A program made the translations under genes and the position numbers. The notes below the pieces were generated by a model that worked only from the letters and a program-made list of their open reading frames with translations, searched no databases and was not told the DNA's origin. Positions 35,517 to 37,747 of a stretch of 37,747 bases of DNA are shown here, one piece after another. Positions within the stretch are counted from its first letter, which is position 1. The number at the start of each line of letters is the position of its first letter. The DNA comes from a virus (taxonomy: Duplodnaviria; Caudoviricetes). The stretch is from the IMG/VR virus record IMGVR_UViG_3300037692_000053, positions 1-37,747 of that record; one strand, given 5' to 3'.

Positions 35517-36015
35517 TATTCACCCCTATGAATCCAGGCAGAGATTTAATATACTCATATGCACAAGCAAGAGGATTACTCCTTCCCATCATCTGAGACT
35601 TTTCAAAATACTTTCGATAAGTATTAAGTCGTTTGGCTTCTTCCATAAGATCTAAGTCCTGCTGCTGTACAGATTCCTTATACTTCAATATCAACTTCTC
35701 ATATTCCATTAGGGCATTCTCATAAGCATTAATCTCTGGCTGAGGAGTTGAAGGTGTCCACATTGGAACTAATTTCTCTCTCTCCTTACACAACTCAGGA
35801 TAGACAGGAGAGGGAATTTCCTTCTTATGTTTCTCTATATAATTCTGAATCTCACCCTCTTCAGTAATAATAAAAGTCACGTCATTGAATATAGTAGGTC
35901 CCTCTTTCTTATCAAATGTACTTAGAACAAAAGATACTATTTTATTCTCTACATCAACCTGAAGATTAGTGATCTTAGAGTAAAAATCTTTCTGAATAAA
36001 TCCTTGAAGTGCCAT
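35509..36015 (-). CDS. Hypothetical protein, possible fibre chaperone
   Basis: 168 aa; C-terminal AYEYIKSLPGF; directly after the fibre gene. Confidence 0.6.
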   Translation of the reverse strand: MALQGFIQKDFYSKITNLQVDVENKIVSFVLSTFDKKEGPTIFNDVTFIITEEGEIQNYIEKHKKEIPSPVYPELCKEREKLVPMWTPSTPQPEINAYENALMEYEKLILKYKESVQQQDLDLMEEAKRLNTYRKYFEKSQMMGRSNPLACAYEYIKSLPGFIGVNND

Positions 36016-36032
36016 AACAAACCTCTTTATAA

Positions 36033-37175
36033 TTAATTTTTAGTACATCTAATGACTGTCATGTATCGAGGACTGTAAGTAGACTGTCCAACTACATGAG
36101 TCGTAGGTCCACCATACCCAGTATTCCCTGTTCCTGATGCACCTGAACTTGCTGTATGAGAATGTGCTTGACCACTACCTGCAGTGCTAGTATTAGCTGT
36201 TCCTACATTTACTGTGTGATCTCCGTAACTTCCACTGGCCCCATAATATGCTAATGTAGCTCTAGTATAAGAATGTGCATGTACAGCAAGTTGTGCAACA
36301 GTAAGAATGTGCCCATTAACTATAACAGTATGACTATGATTTGGCCCACTATGTAAATGCGTAGCATGTGCTGCAACTGTAATTCCAGTAGTGAAAGTAG
36401 TAGGTGTAGCTGTACCACCAGTACCATATGAATTTCCTATGATAATACTTCTAGGAGTACTCCAACTACTGTCCAACGTCCATCCAGAAGGGGCTGATGC
36501 TTGAGGAAATAATAGGGCTGTCCCAGATGCAAATGCCTCAGGAATAAATACCTTGTTGGTTGCTAGTAACCATCCGCCTCCACCACTATCCAGTGAGCTG
36601 TCATAGAAAATAGTACTATAAAGTCCTGCTGTTATATCTCCAGAAACACATTCACTGTAAACACCCTGAGCATATTTGAATACCTTTTTACTTGCTAAAG
36701 CATTAACTCCTAACACACTTGCCCCAGTACTGGCATTAACAAACTTAATATTAAAAGCCATTCCAGTAGCATACTCAGTTACTGCAGGATCGAGGGTAGC
36801 TGTGTAAGTGTTGGTGCCTGTAGCAATTCCAAAACAAAGTAAGTTGTTCTGTGACAATACCTCAATCTCATTCACTTTCCCTGCAGTAAGAACTGCTGCT
36901 ATATTATCCCCTGCTGACCAACTCTTAGCAGTAGTACCTTCTTGTGCCCTAGCAATACTGAAAGTGTCTCCTGAGGTTAGTGTAACTTTAACTAACTCTC
37001 TATCAGGATCAAGTGAAGGAGAAGGATATGCTGATCCCCACAAAGCACCCATGAAGTAACCTGTGGCAGGAAACTTAGTTCCTTCAGCAGAAGTTACAAC
37101 TAATGAAGTGTCAGATGAATTAATCCCATCATTCAGAAGTGAAGAAGCAAAATTCTTATTTTTCAAAATAGCCAT
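36033..37175 (-). CDS. Tail fibre protein
   Basis: RAQEGTTA N-terminal module; collar-like FPQASAPSGW; several HxH motifs (HLH, HSH, HAH). Confidence 0.8.
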   Translation of the reverse strand: MAILKNKNFASSLLNDGINSSDTSLVVTSAEGTKFPATGYFMGALWGSAYPSPSLDPDRELVKVTLTSGDTFSIARAQEGTTAKSWSAGDNIAAVLTAGKVNEIEVLSQNNLLCFGIATGTNTYTATLDPAVTEYATGMAFNIKFVNASTGASVLGVNALASKKVFKYAQGVYSECVSGDITAGLYSTIFYDSSLDSGGGGWLLATNKVFIPEAFASGTALLFPQASAPSGWTLDSSWSTPRSIIIGNSYGTGGTATPTTFTTGITVAAHATHLHSGPNHSHTVIVNGHILTVAQLAVHAHSYTRATLAYYGASGSYGDHTVNVGTANTSTAGSGQAHSHTASSGASGTGNTGYGGPTTHVVGQSTYSPRYMTVIRCTKN

Positions 37176-37193
37176 AATAATTTAGCTCCTTAG

Positions 37194-37649
37194 TTAACTA
37201 GTAACTATGTCCTCACCAGTCAGCATTATATTACTAACTGTGAGAGCTGCTCCGTCAGCTACAGTTTGAGTTCCATTAGCATCAAGCCAAGTAATAACTG
37301 CATCTGTGAAATCATCTCCTGCTGTGCTGTCAGTAGAATCATTATAAATGATTGCCCCAACAGTAGCCAACGCCCCACCTGATGCTGTCCACTGAGCATT
37401 GAGAAAAGTGACTTCTGCACGATCTTCAGTATTATCAGTCGTAACTGCATCCAACGTAAGAGTAATTCCTCCTGCTGTATAGCCATTTCCAGTAGGTAAC
37501 TCATATGAACTTACATCCGTGTATGCACGATGATTATCCTTGTCAAAAACAAATCCTTGATCCATCAAGATCATTTTGAAAGTATCAGTCAGAGCATTAA
37601 TCTGCCCTTTCCACAACATACTTTTGACACTATTAGCAATTTGATTCAT
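37194..37649 (-). CDS. Virion structural (tail) protein
   Basis: DTFKMIL...ELPTGNGYTAGG.TL...WTASGG...GAIIY pattern common in phage tail modules. Confidence 0.7.
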   Translation of the reverse strand: MNQIANSVKSMLWKGQINALTDTFKMILMDQGFVFDKDNHRAYTDVSSYELPTGNGYTAGGITLTLDAVTTDNTEDRAEVTFLNAQWTASGGALATVGAIIYNDSTDSTAGDDFTDAVITWLDANGTQTVADGAALTVSNIMLTGEDIVTS

Positions 37650-37652
37650 CTA

Positions 37653-37747
37653 TCAATCTCCCAAGTTATACCCTGCATTTGGAGCACCTATAAGAATTTG
37701 CCCGTTGTAATTACATATAGCCATAGCCGTAGGCACATCTGCTTCTG
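37653..37747 (-). CDS. 3' end of upstream structural gene (partial)
   Basis: Open frame ...EADVPTAMAICNYNGQILIGAPNAGYNLGD* ending 3 bp before the next ATG. Confidence 0.55.
   Translation of the reverse strand, partial: EADVPTAMAICNYNGQILIGAPNAGYNLGD

Noticed and set aside
36033-37175. Diversity-generating retroelement or invertible fibre cassette
   Set aside because: No reverse transcriptase, invertase or duplicated fibre-tip sequence was seen.
9515-37504. Antisense or alternate-frame ORFs inside larger genes (e.g. 9515..9889, 16110..16487, 22890..23351, 22915..23319, 31162..31734, 37259..37504)
   Set aside because: They are shadows of well-supported genes, with no RBS or recognisable motifs.

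Overview
This is a 37.7-kb segment of an apparently lytic, podovirus-like tailed dsDNA phage. No integrase, RNA polymerase or primase is recognisable. A rightward early/replication arm (~5.15-26.75 kb) holds many small hypothetical ORFs, an ATP-dependent DNA ligase, a Cas4/RecB-like nuclease, a Sak4-like AAA ATPase, a DUF669-like SSB, a DUF4326 protein, a ParB-HTH-DNA methyltransferase fusion, a DEDDh exonuclease, a UDG-like/family A DNA polymerase, a MazG-like protein and a DUF3987-type helicase. It is flanked by leftward virion genes. On the left are a probable small terminase and tail genes, three of them with signal peptides. On the right are tail fibre, nozzle and ejection proteins, including a 1509-aa protein with an ART-like domain. 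The most striking signal not explained by the genes is a 29-bp imperfect palindrome (TTSCTRYRTT-nAATwAwTn-AAYRYAGSAA). I found ten copies, mostly about 3-4 kb apart, one of them inside a coding sequence. My leading hypothesis (inference only) is that these are loading sites for the phage ParB-CTPase/HTH-methyltransferase, which would make it a self-targeted sliding methylation system. An AT-rich core flanked by a ~75-bp inverted repeat (5.74-6.08 kb) is a candidate replication origin. All family assignments come from motif recognition by eye; no searches were run.
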